Part shown: in pieces, positions 39,824 through 52,100 of the stretch
Layout of the letters: every line of letters begins with the position of its first letter
Position numbering within the stretch: position 1 is the first letter of the stretch
Assembly: GCF_036365525.1 (NCBI RefSeq)
Contig: NC_090371.1
Coordinates: 275,543,929-275,607,928 of the forward strand
Length of the DNA: 64,000 bases
Source: Heterodontus francisci
Taxonomy: Eukaryota
Direction: 5' to 3'
Made by a program: the position numbers and the translations under genes
The notes under the pieces: generated by a model
Database searches by the model: none
What the model was told of the DNA's origin: nothing
What the model saw: the letters and a program-made list of their open reading frames with translations, nothing else

Positions 39824-40557
39824 CTTAATGGAGATGACAAAGTGGCCGCCCACTTTGAGAAACTGGTGTGCGTTGAGTGCCACAATCCTGCACTGGTCTA
39901 GTGTGCCACATCTGCGAAGATAACATCCACCATTCCCAGGAGCATGCGGTACTTGTGTGGGTGCCTGGCATCCTCGATGATCGGTATGATGTTTGTTCTC
40001 TTCTTGGCCACATTGATGAGATCACGGCCAGACCGGTGAGAGAATTCAACTGCGTAAACCAAGCCATCAGGTCCCACAATATCCGACACATGGGAAACAG
40101 TGGTGCCGGACGCTGCTCCCAAATACAGCACTTTGGCTCCGGGCTTGATGTGAATCTGGTCGATGCCACCGAGGATCGCAGCCGCGAGTTTCGACCTGAA
40201 AGGGTTCCACGCTCTGTACTCAATCTTCGTCTCTGCTTCCTCCACCCCAATTCTCTTCTCTCCATACACGGACTCTCCTGGAACCATGTTCCTCGTCACC
40301 AAAGCATCCTCCTTCCCATAGCATATAAACACACCTTCATGCCTGTGTGGCTCCACTGTCACCTTTACTCCACCTCGGAATCCTCCTCTTCCTCCATGAC
40401 CTCCTCTTCCTCGCCCCCCACCCCTGCCTCAGCCACCTCCTCGTCCTCCGGGAGATCTGAAACCACCACCTCGATCTCCTCGGTCACCGAAACCTCCACG
40501 GCCTCCGAAACCACCCCTTCCACCCCCACCACCACGTGGAGAGAACCCTGGTTTCAT
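39824..40557 (-). pseudogene. FBL: Processed, 3'-truncated fibrillarin pseudogene
   Basis: Intronless MKPGFSPRGGG-GAR [19 protein letters not shown]...[11 protein letters not shown]...[20 protein letters not shown]...DVIFADVA; in-frame TGA at codon 43 (40431-40429); 1-nt frameshift near 39900, then DQCRIVALNAHQFLKVGGHFVISIK; homology stops at 39824. Confidence 0.95.
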
Positions 40558-40981
40558 GCTGTTCTGATCCTCCCCCAGTCCCCGCCGCGTTAGGCCATCA
40601 TTGCAGTGGGGGAAACCCCCTCCACAAGATGACCTGTGCCATGGCTATGGCCTTCACAGCCCAGCAGATCCAGGCTGGGCTGCTCTGCAGGATATATCTC
40701 TGCCCTTGCGCCCCCACCCCCCCCCCACACCCACAGTCCCCACCCCCAGCCTGCCACTGAGAGGCAGCCACCATTCAATCTATGGGCTCCAGGCACATTG
40801 GGGCTTGTCTGCCATCAGTAAATCCAGGCGGCTTGTGAAGCATACCCTCAATTGGCACCTTAATTGGCCACTTGTCACCCTTCTAGAAGCTGCCTTGCTG
40901 AAAATAGGCCAGAGAGGGGAACATGCTGGCAGACTGGCTGGTGGCGACAAATTGTTGGCACGCCTGATGCTGAACCCGTCT

Positions 40982-41207
40982 TGTTAATCTGTCAATTGTA
41001 TATCAATTGTTTGATTATATGCAGGTGGAGGGTGTTATTTGGGATCATACTTGAGCACTTATAAGCAGACACTTATTGAGACTGGTGTAGGGTTTTGAGT
41101 GAGGAGCTACATGTTTGTAATTCTTTTATTCTGCACAATAAATGTGAAACTGATTAAAGATAGGCTCCAGCATTATCATTCCATAACCAGCTTTCTGGAT
41201 GAGGACA
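40982..41207 (+). mobile_element. Probable short solo LTR
   Basis: TGT...ACA ends, TATA-like CTTATAAG, AATAAA at ~41137; AT-rich block interrupting GC-rich element sequence; degenerate flanks CGTCT/CACCT. Confidence 0.45.
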
Positions 41208-42249
41208 CACCTTGGGATAAAAATTTTGCCCATAATGTCAGTGAAGAGAAACTTTATCCGCAAACATTTTTTTAAGTTCGTTTACAGACATTGTTGGCAA
41301 GGCCAACATTTATTGTCCATTCCTATTTGTCCTTGAATGTATGTATAGTGAGTTGTTTGATTCAACTGAGGGGCTTGCTTCCTAAAGGACGAAAGTGAAC
41401 CAGTTGGGTTTTTATGATAATCTGTTAGGTTCATGGCTTTTGACTGATACTAGTTTTTTAAATTCCAGATTTATTTAATGAATGGAATTCAAATTCACAA
41501 GCTGCCATGCTGACCTTTTAACTCAAAGACTCATGGATTTTTAGTCCAGACTTCCAGATTACTAGTCCAGTAACATAACCACTATATTACCATATCCCCT
41601 ATCTGTACACATCGGTAGCAGTTTTACAAGATAAACATTTAAATAAGCACAAGAGCCCTTTAAACCATTCCTAGATGGCTGTCCTTCTGACAAGTACCAC
41701 CATCTTACACTCATTCTTAATATCAGCATTAGAAGTTGCAGACATTTGTCTCTATAACTTCTAGGAATGTGTGATGTTAACCTTTTGAAATTCCTTGTCA
41801 GATGATCCATAACTTGTCCTTTGTTCATGTTGACTAAATACAATTATCTCCGTAAGAATGCTTATTCATTAAATTTTCTGTCATACTTAAGCTGATTACA
41901 AATTGCTTACAGGTGCTTACCTTAATTAATCATAAGAAGAACAGTGTACCATTGAGTCCTAACATGGCGCAGCTAAGCTACATGCTATGTGCAATTAAGA
42001 AAAACTTTGGATTTATATAGCGCCTTTCGTGACCTCAGATCATTCCAATGCGCTTCAAAACCAGTGAAGTACTTTTGAAGTGTTATCACTGCTGTAACAG
42101 AGGAAAATGAGCAGCCAATTTGCAGACAGCAAGGTCCCACAAACAGCAATGTGATAATGACCAGATAATCTCTTTTGGTAATGTTAGTTGAGGGATAAAT
42201 ATTGGCCAGGACACTGGGGAGTTGATACCCTGCTGGATGTCGACTTCAG

Positions 42250-43270
42250 TATTTAGAGACCATAGAGGAGCAGTGAGATTTAGGAGCCCAAGTACAGAAA
42301 TCACTAAATGTGGACAGGTACAAAAGATAATTTAAAAGGCTAATGGAATGTTGGCCTTTATCTCGAGGAGGGCTGCAATACAAAGGGTTGGAAGTTATGA
42401 TACAATTATATAAAGCTCTGGTTAGACCCCATTTAGAGTTCTGCATCCATCTCTGCACCTTAGGTAGGGGCAGCATAGACTCACCAGAATGATACCAGAA
42501 CGAAAAGGTTTAAATTATGAGGACAGATTGCATAAACTAGGGTGTAGTCCCTTGAGTATAAAAGAATAAGGGTGATCTAATGATGTTTTTAAGATGATTA
42601 AAGGAATTGATTGGGTAGATATAGAGAAACTGTTCCCTCTGGTGTGTCAGTCCAGAACAAGGGGGCAGCACCTTAACACTATAGCTAGGCTATCAGGAGA
42701 GATAGACTCATAGAGAGATACAGCACTGAAACAGGCCCTTCGGCCCACCGAGTCTGCCCATCAACAACCCATTTATACTAATCTGACATTAATCCCATAT
42801 TCCCTACCATATCCCCACCTTCCCTCAGTTCTCCTACCACCTGCCTACAGTAGGGGCAATTTACAATGGCCAATTTACCTATCAACCTGCAAGTCTTTGG
42901 CTGTGGGAGGAAACCAGAGCACCTGGTGGAAACCCACGCGGTCATTGGGAGAACTTGCAAACTCTGCACAGGCAGTACCCAGACCTGTGAGCTGTGAGGC
43001 TGTGGTGATAACCACTGCGCCACTGTGCCGCCCAGGAAGCATTTTGCCACACAAAGAATAGTGGAAATCTGGAACTCTCTCCACCAGAAAGCTGTTGAGG
43101 ATGGTCAACTGAAAATTTTGAAACTGAGAATAGGTTTTTAATAGGTAAGAGTATTAAGCATAATGGAAACAAGGCAGTTAGATGAAGTTGAGACACAGAT
43201 CAGCCATGATCTATAATTGAATAATGGAACATACTTGAGGGATCAAATGGTCTACTCCTGTTGCTATGTA
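42250..43270 (+). mobile_element. CR1 3' fragment interrupted by an HE1-type SINE
   Basis: GCTAATGGAATGTTGGCC, LVRPHLEFC-type coding relic and CR1 tail; split at ~42702-43033. Confidence 0.75.
42702..43033 (-). mobile_element. HE1-type V-SINE
   Basis: Highly similar to 37666-38005. Confidence 0.85.
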
Positions 43271-43421
43271 TTTTAGTCCCCAGCTGCTGGGCCTGGGACA
43301 TGAACCCTTCACATTCAGTCTCAGAGGTAGGAATCATACCACTCAACCAAAGGCTCAGTCACTCACTCTAATTCCACATGTATGATAATGTAGTTATTCC
43401 ACATATATTAAAATGTCAGGA

Positions 43422-43806
43422 ACATAGCATAGTGGTTATGTTACTGGACTAGTAATTGGAAGGTCTGGGACTAATGATCTAATGACATGAGTTCAAATCC
43501 CACCACAGCAGCTGGGCAATTTAAATTCAGTTAATTAAATAAGTCTAGAATTTAAAAACTTACTAACAATAATGGTGAGCATGTAACCACTGGATTGTTG
43601 TTAAAAACCCAACTGGTTCGCTAATGTCCTTTATTGAAGGAAATCTGCTGTCCTTACTTGGTCTGGCCTACATGTGACTCCAAACCTACAGCAATATGAT
43701 TGACTCTTGACTGCTCGCTGAAATGGTCGAGCAAGCCATTCAGTTAAGGGCAATTAGGGGTCAGCAAGAATTGCCAGCAATGCTCACATCCCTCAAGTAA
43801 AAAAAC
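43422..43806 (+). mobile_element. tRNA-Thr-like-headed SINE; other copies at ~33700-34060(+), 38150-38410(+), 41275-41590(-), 50940-51295(-)
   Basis: A-box TAGCATAGTGG, anticodon-like loop CTAGTAA, B-box GTTCAAATCC; body GGTTCRCTAATGTCCTTT...; tail AAGGGCAATTAGGG...CACATCCC shared with the LINE at 48510-49150. Confidence 0.75.
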
Positions 43807-43837
43807 AAGGACTAGCAGAGTGGAGTTCAGACATTCA

Positions 43838-45760
43838 AAGGCTACACCTTGTTTTAGTGACACCTCCCTTAATGTGGGGTTTGTAAAGGCCCGGAGATAG
43901 TACTCGAAAAATTAATTGGATTGAAAATTGATAAATCCCCTGCACCAGCTAAGCAACATGCCAGAGTATTGAAGGAGGTGGCTATGGAGATATCTTTCAA
44001 AATTCTATAGATTCTGGAGGGGTTCCTACAGACTGGAAAGTAGCAAATGTAACCCCACTATTTAAGAAGGGAGCAAGGGAGAACACGGAGAACTACAAAC
44101 CTGTTAGTTTGACGTCAGTAGTAGGGAAAATATTAGAATCTATTATAAAGTATGTGATAATTGGACACTTGGAAATAATAATGATATGATTGAGCAGAAT
44201 CAACAAGGATTTGTGAAAGGGAACTCATATTTGACAAACCTGTTGGAGTTTTTTGAGGCTGTCGCTTGTAGCATAGATAAAGGAGAACCAGTGAATCTGG
44301 TGTATTTGGATTTTCAGAAGACTTTTGATGAGGTCCTACACAGGAGGTTAATAAACAAAATTAGAGCACATGGAATTAGGGGTAATATACTGCAAAGGAT
44401 CGAGAATTGGTTAACAGACAGATAACAGAAAGTAGGAATAAACGGGTTATTCTCAGGATGGCAGGCTGTGACTAGTGGGGTACCACAAGGATCAGTGCTT
44501 GGGCCACAGCTGTTCACAATCTATATAAATGATTTGGATGTGGAGACCAAATGTAATATTTCCAAATTTGCTGATGACACAAGACCAGGTGGGAATGTAA
44601 GTTGTGAGGAGGATGCAAGGAGGCTTCAAGGGGATTTGGACAGGCTAAGTGAATGGGTGAGTACATGCCAGATGGAATATAATGTGAATAAGTGTGAAAT
44701 CATCCACTTTGATAGAAAAAACAGAAAGGAAGAGTATTTCTTAAATGGTGATTGATGTCCAAAGGGATCTGGGTGTCCTTGTTCATGAGTCACTGAAAGA
44801 CAGTATGCAGGTGCAGCAAGCAATTAGGAAGACAAATGATATGTTGGCCTTCATTGCAAGAGGATTTGAGTACAGGAGTAAAGTTGTCTTGCTGCAATTG
44901 TATACAGCCTTGGTGAGACAGCACCTGGAATATTGTGTACAGTTTTGTCCTCCTCATCTAAGGAAGGATATACTTGCCATAGAGGGAGTGCAACTGAGGT
45001 TCACCAGACTAATTCCTGGGATGGCGGGATTGTCTTATGAGGAGAGACATTTTTTTTTTGTTCCTGGGGTGTGGGCGTTGCTGGCCAGGCCAACATTTAT
45101 TGCCCATTCCTAATTGCCCTTGAGAAGGTGGTGGTGAGCTGCCTTCTTGAACCGCTGAAGTCCATGTTGGGTAGGTATACCCACAGTGCTGTGAGGAAAC
45201 TGGGCCTGTATTCTCTAAAGTTTCTAAGAATGAGAGGTGATCTCATTGAAACTTACAAAATTTTTACAGGGTGTGACAAGGTAGATGTGGGTAGATGTTT
45301 CCTCTGGCTGTTGAGTCTAGAACCAGGGGACATAGTCTCAGAATTAGGGGCAGGCCACTTAAGACTGAGATGAGAAGGAATTTCATCACTCAGAGGGTGG
45401 TGAATGTTTGAAATTCTCTACCCCAGAGGACTGTGGAAGCTCAATCATTGAGCATGTTCAGGACAGAAATCAATAGATTGGATACTAATAACATCAAGGG
45501 ATATGGGGATAGTGGGGAAAAATGGCGTGGAGGTAGACGATCGGCCATGATCTGTTTGAATGGTGCAGCAGGCTGGATGGGCTGAATGGCCTAACCCAGC
45601 TCCTATTTCCTATGTTCCCAACTGCTGGGAGGAGGAAGCCTGCAGGTGAAACAAAAAAGGCGTGACTGGAGGTTACCCATGAAGCCAGCAGTAGGAACAT
45701 GGCACCACACCCATGGATTCAATGCTGAAAGTGGTTTGATGACCTAGCAAGGCAGGAAAG
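43838..45760 (+). pseudogene. Harbinger Myb/SANT-like DNA-binding gene relic, split by a CR1 insertion
   Basis: KATPCFSDTSLNVGFVKARR (43838-43897) joins FPTAGRRKPAGETKKA*LEVTHEASSRNMAPHPWIQC*KWFDDL (~45615-45746), the aPrFs...aW.eVa....QCrKrfnDL pattern of Harbinger Myb-like proteins. Confidence 0.65.
43894..45618 (+). mobile_element. 5'-truncated CR1 inserted into the Harbinger Myb gene; carries a nested minus-strand LINE tail (~45050-45195)
   Basis: EIVLEKLIGLKIDKSP, YLDFQKTFDEVLH, SGVPQGSVLGPQLF, FADDT, LEYCVQF; tail CCTATTTCCTATGTTCC. Confidence 0.9.
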
Positions 45761-46824
45761 ATGAGTGACACATTCACCTACATCCTGATGTGCATATCAC
45801 CCCAAACTGCTCGCTCTGCCTTCTCAAGCCTACTCCAGCACCTCAGTTCTCACACCAACTTACCTTGCACGTACACCCATCCCTCTCAGCAGCAATTCAT
45901 GTCTTAGTGTTCATTACGAGTGAAAAGGCCACTTACCAGCCAGAAACCAAAAATGGGCAAGAACAGAAAGTGGTGGAAAAAAACTAATATTCACCTGGCT
46001 CAAAATTAAAACAGAAACTAATCTAGCATGTGTGACACACCCATGTGCATACCCTTGTCCAACTAGAAATCTTTACTCCTCCTCTTCGTAGCACTTCTAT
46101 GTGGTGCAACCACTGTGGCTTCAGCAGAGGTAGGGGGAGATTGCTCACAGCCCTGCTCTGACTGCTGAGATGCTCGGTCAATGGCCTCTGGATTTTGAAG
46201 CCCGTGAAGGCCCCAGCAAAGACTTCTGCCACTGCACCTGTGCAGGGGCAAACTTGGCCATTGGCACATGAGGCAGCACGTGGGGCACTGACTGAGGTGG
46301 TGGGGGGCAATGGATGAGAAGTGGAAGTACTTTGAGTGGAGTGCCCACTTGCATGTCCCCTTTCACCACCATCCCTCTCATGGCCCAGCCACACTTCCCT
46401 GCCAGAAATGAGTTGGAGAGCACTTAGATACACATCAGTGGGGTGATGAATGGCCAAGGCTAGGTTATCATGCATCCTATTTAAGGTGGTGTTCATAGTG
46501 TGAAAGCCATTGGTGAAGGCCTGCATGAACTCATTTGATTGCCCCATTTAATGCCCCGTGTAGGTGGCCAATCTTTTCATGGACGAAGGCATCATTGTAA
46601 AGGCCTGCAACATCATGTCAGTCAAGCTTCAGACAGACTGCTCCCATCTCTCTGCAAGTGTGCACAATACAGCTGGAACCAGCTCATCACACATTTTATG
46701 CTGCTACTCCAGAAGTATACTCAACGTCAACAGGAAAGGTACAGCATCTGCATCCAGCTGAGCAGAGTTTGGAGAATTCTGTGGCTTCTGACCCAGACAC
46801 TCCACTGCTGTCCCTGTGATCATG

Positions 46825-47125
46825 AGGTCTCTTAATTGCCACATCTGTGCAGTCGATGCTGCCCTGCATCTGAGGGAAACCAGCCAGAGCCGCAAACCTG
46901 AGTGCCCGCTCATTCTGACTGGTGACATTGCAGGGAAAGTTTGAATAATTACCTGCTCTGATAAACAAGCCCTGAGTCATCTGTCTTATGCATTTGTGTG
47001 TGGCCGACTGTGAGATCCTGCAAATGTCTCCAGCAGATCCTTGCAAGGATTCAGAGGCAAAGAAGTTGAGGACAGTGGTAACTTTGACAGTCATTAGTAA
47101 AATGTGACCACCAGGTCCAGGTGGC
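46825..47125 (-). mobile_element. Harbinger (HARBI1-like) DDE transposase fragment
   Basis: VKVTTVLNFFASESLQGSAGDICRISQSATHKCIRQMT...FAALAGFPQMQGSIDCTDVAIKRP matches the HARBI1-family HTH and GFP.V.GAIDCTH motif; truncated after the first catalytic Asp. Confidence 0.85.
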
Positions 47126-48509
47126 GGCAGGTCTGTTGGGAGCAGGCTGCTGCTGCTAATGCTGGTCATCTTGATCCTCATCTGAGGTCCAAAGTAACAC
47201 AGCGTTAGTGGCACCCTTGCTGAACTGATAGATCAGAGCTCCAAAGTGCAGATCAGACATACAAACCACCAAAGTGGAGATGACACCTACAAAGTTGAAA
47301 AAGCAACCACTCAACACAAGCAATCTGAACAAAGCCTTTCACACAAGCAGGTAAGCAAGCAGCTCCGAGGTGTCAGTACTTATTGTCATATGACCCTATC
47401 GTGTCTTCAGCCTTTGTTGTGCTCTTGCATTGTTTTCACTGGCGAGTTCCTGGAAGTGTGGGAAACCCATGAACCCACAGTTAAATTGAAAAAGCCATGT
47501 TAATATCACTATAATTGACTGATTAACATATTGACATTGACAACCTGCCTCTCCTGAGGGGATTGCTCGTACGCAGTCTAATGCCCTGCAATGAAATGGG
47601 GAAGTCAGTGGGTTGAAGCCTGCTTCCCGACGGTATTTTTCCAGAACTTAACCCCCAGCTGTACCCAAAACCCACACACTCACACACGTTAACCCCCCCA
47701 CCCCACCCCCATCTGCTAACTTTAGCAGTTAAATTTGTAGAAAACTGCACAGCTCTACAACATACCAAAAAAAAACCTTTGCCTGAATTTCTCATTCAGC
47801 TACAATATAGACTATCAGATTCCAAAGACTACAGTCATCATTAACTATCAGTCAAAGGAAGTACTGAGTGACAGTGAGAGTGCTTTGGAGCTGCAATGCA
47901 CTCAGTTTGTAACCCATTAAGAGAGAAGACATTCATCAGCCTAACATAACATTGCTTTCTGGCCATATTGTGCAGGCTAATTTTTCTACCAAGCCATCAA
48001 TTCATTGGCTAGTCCCAGAAATCCTTGCCTATTACAGCATGGTGATCCATCACTTTAAATACTTTTCTGTTTCCACTATGCTGTGAAATTGTGGAATTGC
48101 AGCCTTTCTTTTTCACACTGTCTATGCCCAATCAGATTGTGAAATCATGTTATCAAAAACCTAATGAAGACTGCAATCCAAAATCATTCCATCATTAACT
48201 ATACAAAATGTCATTGTTCTGTGCAGTGGAGCATGCATCTCTCTTTCTGCCAGCACAGCACTCTCCCTCAAAGCTACTGTAAGTAATCATGGGTGCTTAA
48301 AGTAATGTCATTGCACATTCAATTTGATTGAGATTTATGTTCACTATAACAAGTTTGGGAAGTGGGATTTTCCTTCAATTTCCAGTGCAGTGACATTGAG
48401 TTTTGTTCAATTTATGTGCTTGCACTGGCAAGATGATGCATTCTTATTTTCCCTTTCAAAATATACCTTATTCAATAAGCAAAGCACAAATGAAGTCCGA
48501 GGCCATTGG

Positions 48510-49150
48510 CTGAAAATTTAACTGGACTAGCCATATAAATATTGTGGCTACAGGAGCAGATCAGAGGCTGGGAATTCTGCAGCAAGTAACTCACCTCCTG
48601 ACTCCCCAAAGCCTGTCCACCAGCTACAAGGCACAAGTCAGGAGTGTGATGGAATACTCTCCACTTGTCTGGATGGGTGCAGCTCCAACAACACTCAAGA
48701 AGCTCGACACCATCCAGAACAAAGCAGCCCACTTGATTGGCACACCATCCACAAACATTCACTCCCTCCATCACCGACACGGAGTGACAGCAGTGTGTAC
48801 CATCTACAAGATGCACTGCAGCAATTCACCAAGGCTCCTTCGACAACACCTTCGAAACCCATGATCTCTACCACCTAGAAGGACAAGGGCAGCAGGTGCA
48901 TGGGAACACCACCACCTGCAAGTTCCCCTCCAAGCCACACACCATCCTGACTTGGAACTATATCGCCGTTTCTTCACTGTCACTGGGTCAAAATCCTGGA
49001 TCTCTTTCTAACAGCACCGTGGGTGTACCTACATGGACTGCAGCGGTTCAAGAAGGCAGCTCACCACCATCTTCTCAAGGGTAATTAGGGATGGGCAATA
49101 AATGCTGGCCTAGCCAGTGATGTCTACATTCCAAGAATGAATAAAAAAAA
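48510..49150 (+). mobile_element. 3' fragment of a CR1/L2-group LINE (partner of the tRNA-Thr-headed SINE); inverted fragment of the same family at ~49440-49660
   Basis: YKAQVRSVMEYSPLVWMGAAPTTLKKLDTIQNKAAHLI..HSLHHRH; tail GGGCAATAAATGCTGGCC...AATAAAAAAAA. Confidence 0.8.
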
Positions 49151-52100
49151 TCGCAACAAGAGGGCACAAACTGAAGAAATTTGAAGGTTAGCACTCAGGA
49201 AGTGGTTGGAATTCTCCACCGCAAACCATTTCAGATAAAAAAGGGAATATCAGAGAGCACAGAGATCAAACAGGTAAGTCGCACTAGGTCAGGTGGTTCA
49301 AGGAGAACATACTTGACTGCCTTTTTCTGTGCTGGAACATTCTATGGCCTCCAACTTTCTGATTGGGGTGAATCTCTGGTGGGATGGGATCTCTGCGTCT
49401 GACATCTCCTGCTGACCCCAGCTATATTTCTGGCTCCAGAATCACTTGTATGTGCAGAAGACAGGTGCCTCTGCTCCTTTGTAGAGGTCACAGGTTTGGA
49501 AGGTGCTGTTGAAGGAGCCTTGGTAAGTTGCTGCAGTGCATCTTGTAAATGGTTCACACTGCTGCCACTGTGCGCCGGTGGTGAAGGGAGTGAATGTTGA
49601 AGTTGGTGGGTGGGGTGCTAATCAAGCAGCTGCTTTGTTGGATGGTGTCAAGCTTCTGGCACAGTGCCAGAGGAAGAAGAGCAGGTGGTGGAAGAGTGAA
49701 GCAGAGTGCCAGGGTGGAAAGCAGAGAAGAGAGTTTGGTGGTGGGTGAATTATCCTATTCTTTAGGAACTCTTGCCCCTCTCTGACCTTTACACTATTAC
49801 TATCCCAGTCTATATTCGAGCACCCACTCTAGGGACTTAAACACATAATTTAGGCTGGCACTTCAGTACACTACTGAGGGAGTTCTGCACTCTCAGAGGT
49901 GATGTTTTTCAGCTAAAACGTTAAACAAAAGCCCATCCTCCTGGTTAGGTGCAAGATCTCACTGCGTAATTTGAAAAAGAATAGGATAATTCCAGTGAAG
50001 ATGAAAGTTCACTTATATCACATTGCTAAATCAAGGCCAGTTTCTGTACCCTCCTAGGTCTGCAACCTGACTATCTGCAAACACTCTAATCTACTGGGTT
50101 TGTCAGCAAGCTTTTTGGCAAGTTTGTAATCATTGATGATTGGGAGGTGTGGGATGGGGATTGGGGAGAGAGAGGGAGCCTGGGGAATGGGGTTAACAAC
50201 TGAATAAGATGGATTTTTTTTAGATACTATCAACTTTTATTTGGAAAGAGGCAAATCCAGAGGTTACCGATGCGGTTTTCAGTTCAGTACAGATCTGGAT
50301 CAGCATGGGCGAGGAATTCCGAGGAGCATTATGTGATTTAGATAATTGTTCAGAATGTTTTCCAGGTCTTTCCTGCATCACTCCAGTCCCTTGACAAAAG
50401 ATTGGCTGAGTGCAATAAGCACCTGCTAATAATTTCCTGATAGTCAGACAAGCAATGAAAGTTTTCCAGTACTGCAAACTTTGCTAAAGGTAATAAGAGA
50501 CTGTATAAAAAGGGAAATTGCAAAATAAGAAAGTTTGTATTGTGTGTCTGACAGTTCAAACTCGACTGGAGATTTGAAAAAAGAAAAATGCTACAAATCT
50601 GGATTTGCTCCAGGTCTGGTACTTATGGATTGTTTGATACACTATTACTATCTTGTGTAACTATATCATATTGCTTTGGGTAGCTATGAAATATATAATT
50701 TATGATAAAATGTTCAAAGTTTGGTATTTCATTCTTGCTAGTCAATTTCCCACGACATTTCACACAAGATTCAAGGTCATGTCTGGTCTTCAATGATAAT
50801 TAAACCTGACATAACTTAGTCTGCATTTTAACGTCATACATCTGTCCTTATTTTTATACATTTCCATGATAAAAAGAACAGGTAAGTAGTTCTGGTGCCC
50901 AGCTCAACACTTATCACTAAACAAATACCACCAAATTCTTATTTGTTCATGGGAAGTGGGTGTTGTTGGTTAGGCCAGCATTATTGCCCATCCCTAATTG
51001 CCCTTGAACTGAGTGGCTTGCTAGGCCATTTCAGAATCAACCACATTGCTATGGGTCTGGAGTCCCATGTAGGCCAGACCAGCAGATTTCCTTCCCGAAA
51101 GGACATCGGTGAAGCAGATGGGTTTTTACAACAATCAAGAATGGTCACCATTAGACTTTTTTTAAACTCCAGATTTATTATTTGAATGCAAATTTCACCA
51201 TCTGCCATGATGAGATTTGAACCCATCTCCCTAGAGCACGAGTGTAGATCTCTGCATCATTAGTGCAGTGACATTACTACTATGCCACCACCTCCCCTAA
51301 TCGGAGCAACATGTCATTTATCAAGATTGCTACACCATTCACGGGGTTCCTTCTTTCAGATGAAGCTTCAAACCGATGTCCCATCTGGCCGCTCAAGTGG
51401 ATGTAAAAGATTCCATGGCATTATTTCAAAGAAGAGCAGGGGAATTCTTTCTGGAGTGCTGGCGAATATTTATCTCTCAACCACCATCACTAACACAGAG
51501 TAGTCATTATCTCATTGCTGATTGTGGGATCTCGCTGTGAGCAAATTGGCTGTCGCATTTCCTACATTGCAACAGTGACCGCTTTGGGCCATCATGATGT
51601 TGTGAAAGGACCTATATAAATACAAGCATTTTCTTTTTCAGCTTGAAGCTGTTTGTGGGACCTTGTGTGCAAAAATGTTTGTTACATGCAACAACAGTGA
51701 TACTAGAAAAATAATTATTTGCCTTTGCGAGTTTCCATGGACATGGAAGGCCCTGTATAAATTCAAATTTGTTAATTACTGGATACTTTCATTGAGGGAG
51801 GAATTAAGGGTTATAAAAACTAGTGGAGTTGTAGAAGAACAGCTGGACCATTGAAATATCAGGACTGACATGGGTTAAAAGTAAATTACATAGGATGAAA
51901 GTTTAAATAGATAAACTGAAACTGGAAGGCGAGGAGGAACTTTATGTTCTATGATGTAGAGTTCATTAGGGAGTAGTTTATACATAGTCAGTGGAATGAA
52001 GGTAATGTTACTTGACTAGTAATCCAGAGGCCTGGAACTTTGCTCCGAGACACAAGTTCAAATCCCACCGCGGCAACTGGTGGAATTTAAATTCAATTAA

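Larger units (their letters stand above)
39519..41231. mobile_element. Non-autonomous PIF/Harbinger-like TIR element containing the FBL retrocopy and a solo LTR
   Basis: Left end GGGCTGAATTTT, right end reverse-complement GGGCAAAATTTT (10/12 match); 3-bp duplication ATA at 39516-39518 and 41232-41234; inverted subterminal motifs CCAATTAAG(G) at ~39602 and ~39633 versus CCTTAATTGG at ~40858. Confidence 0.7.

Noticed and set aside
39898-40362. 154-aa FBL ORF as a functional retrogene
   Set aside because: Upstream in-frame TGA, GTG start, frameshift, and loss of the methyltransferase C-terminus.
39877-40593. 238-aa plus-strand Ser/Thr-rich ORF
   Set aside because: Antisense shadow of the FBL pseudogene; the low-complexity tail mirrors the GAR repeat.
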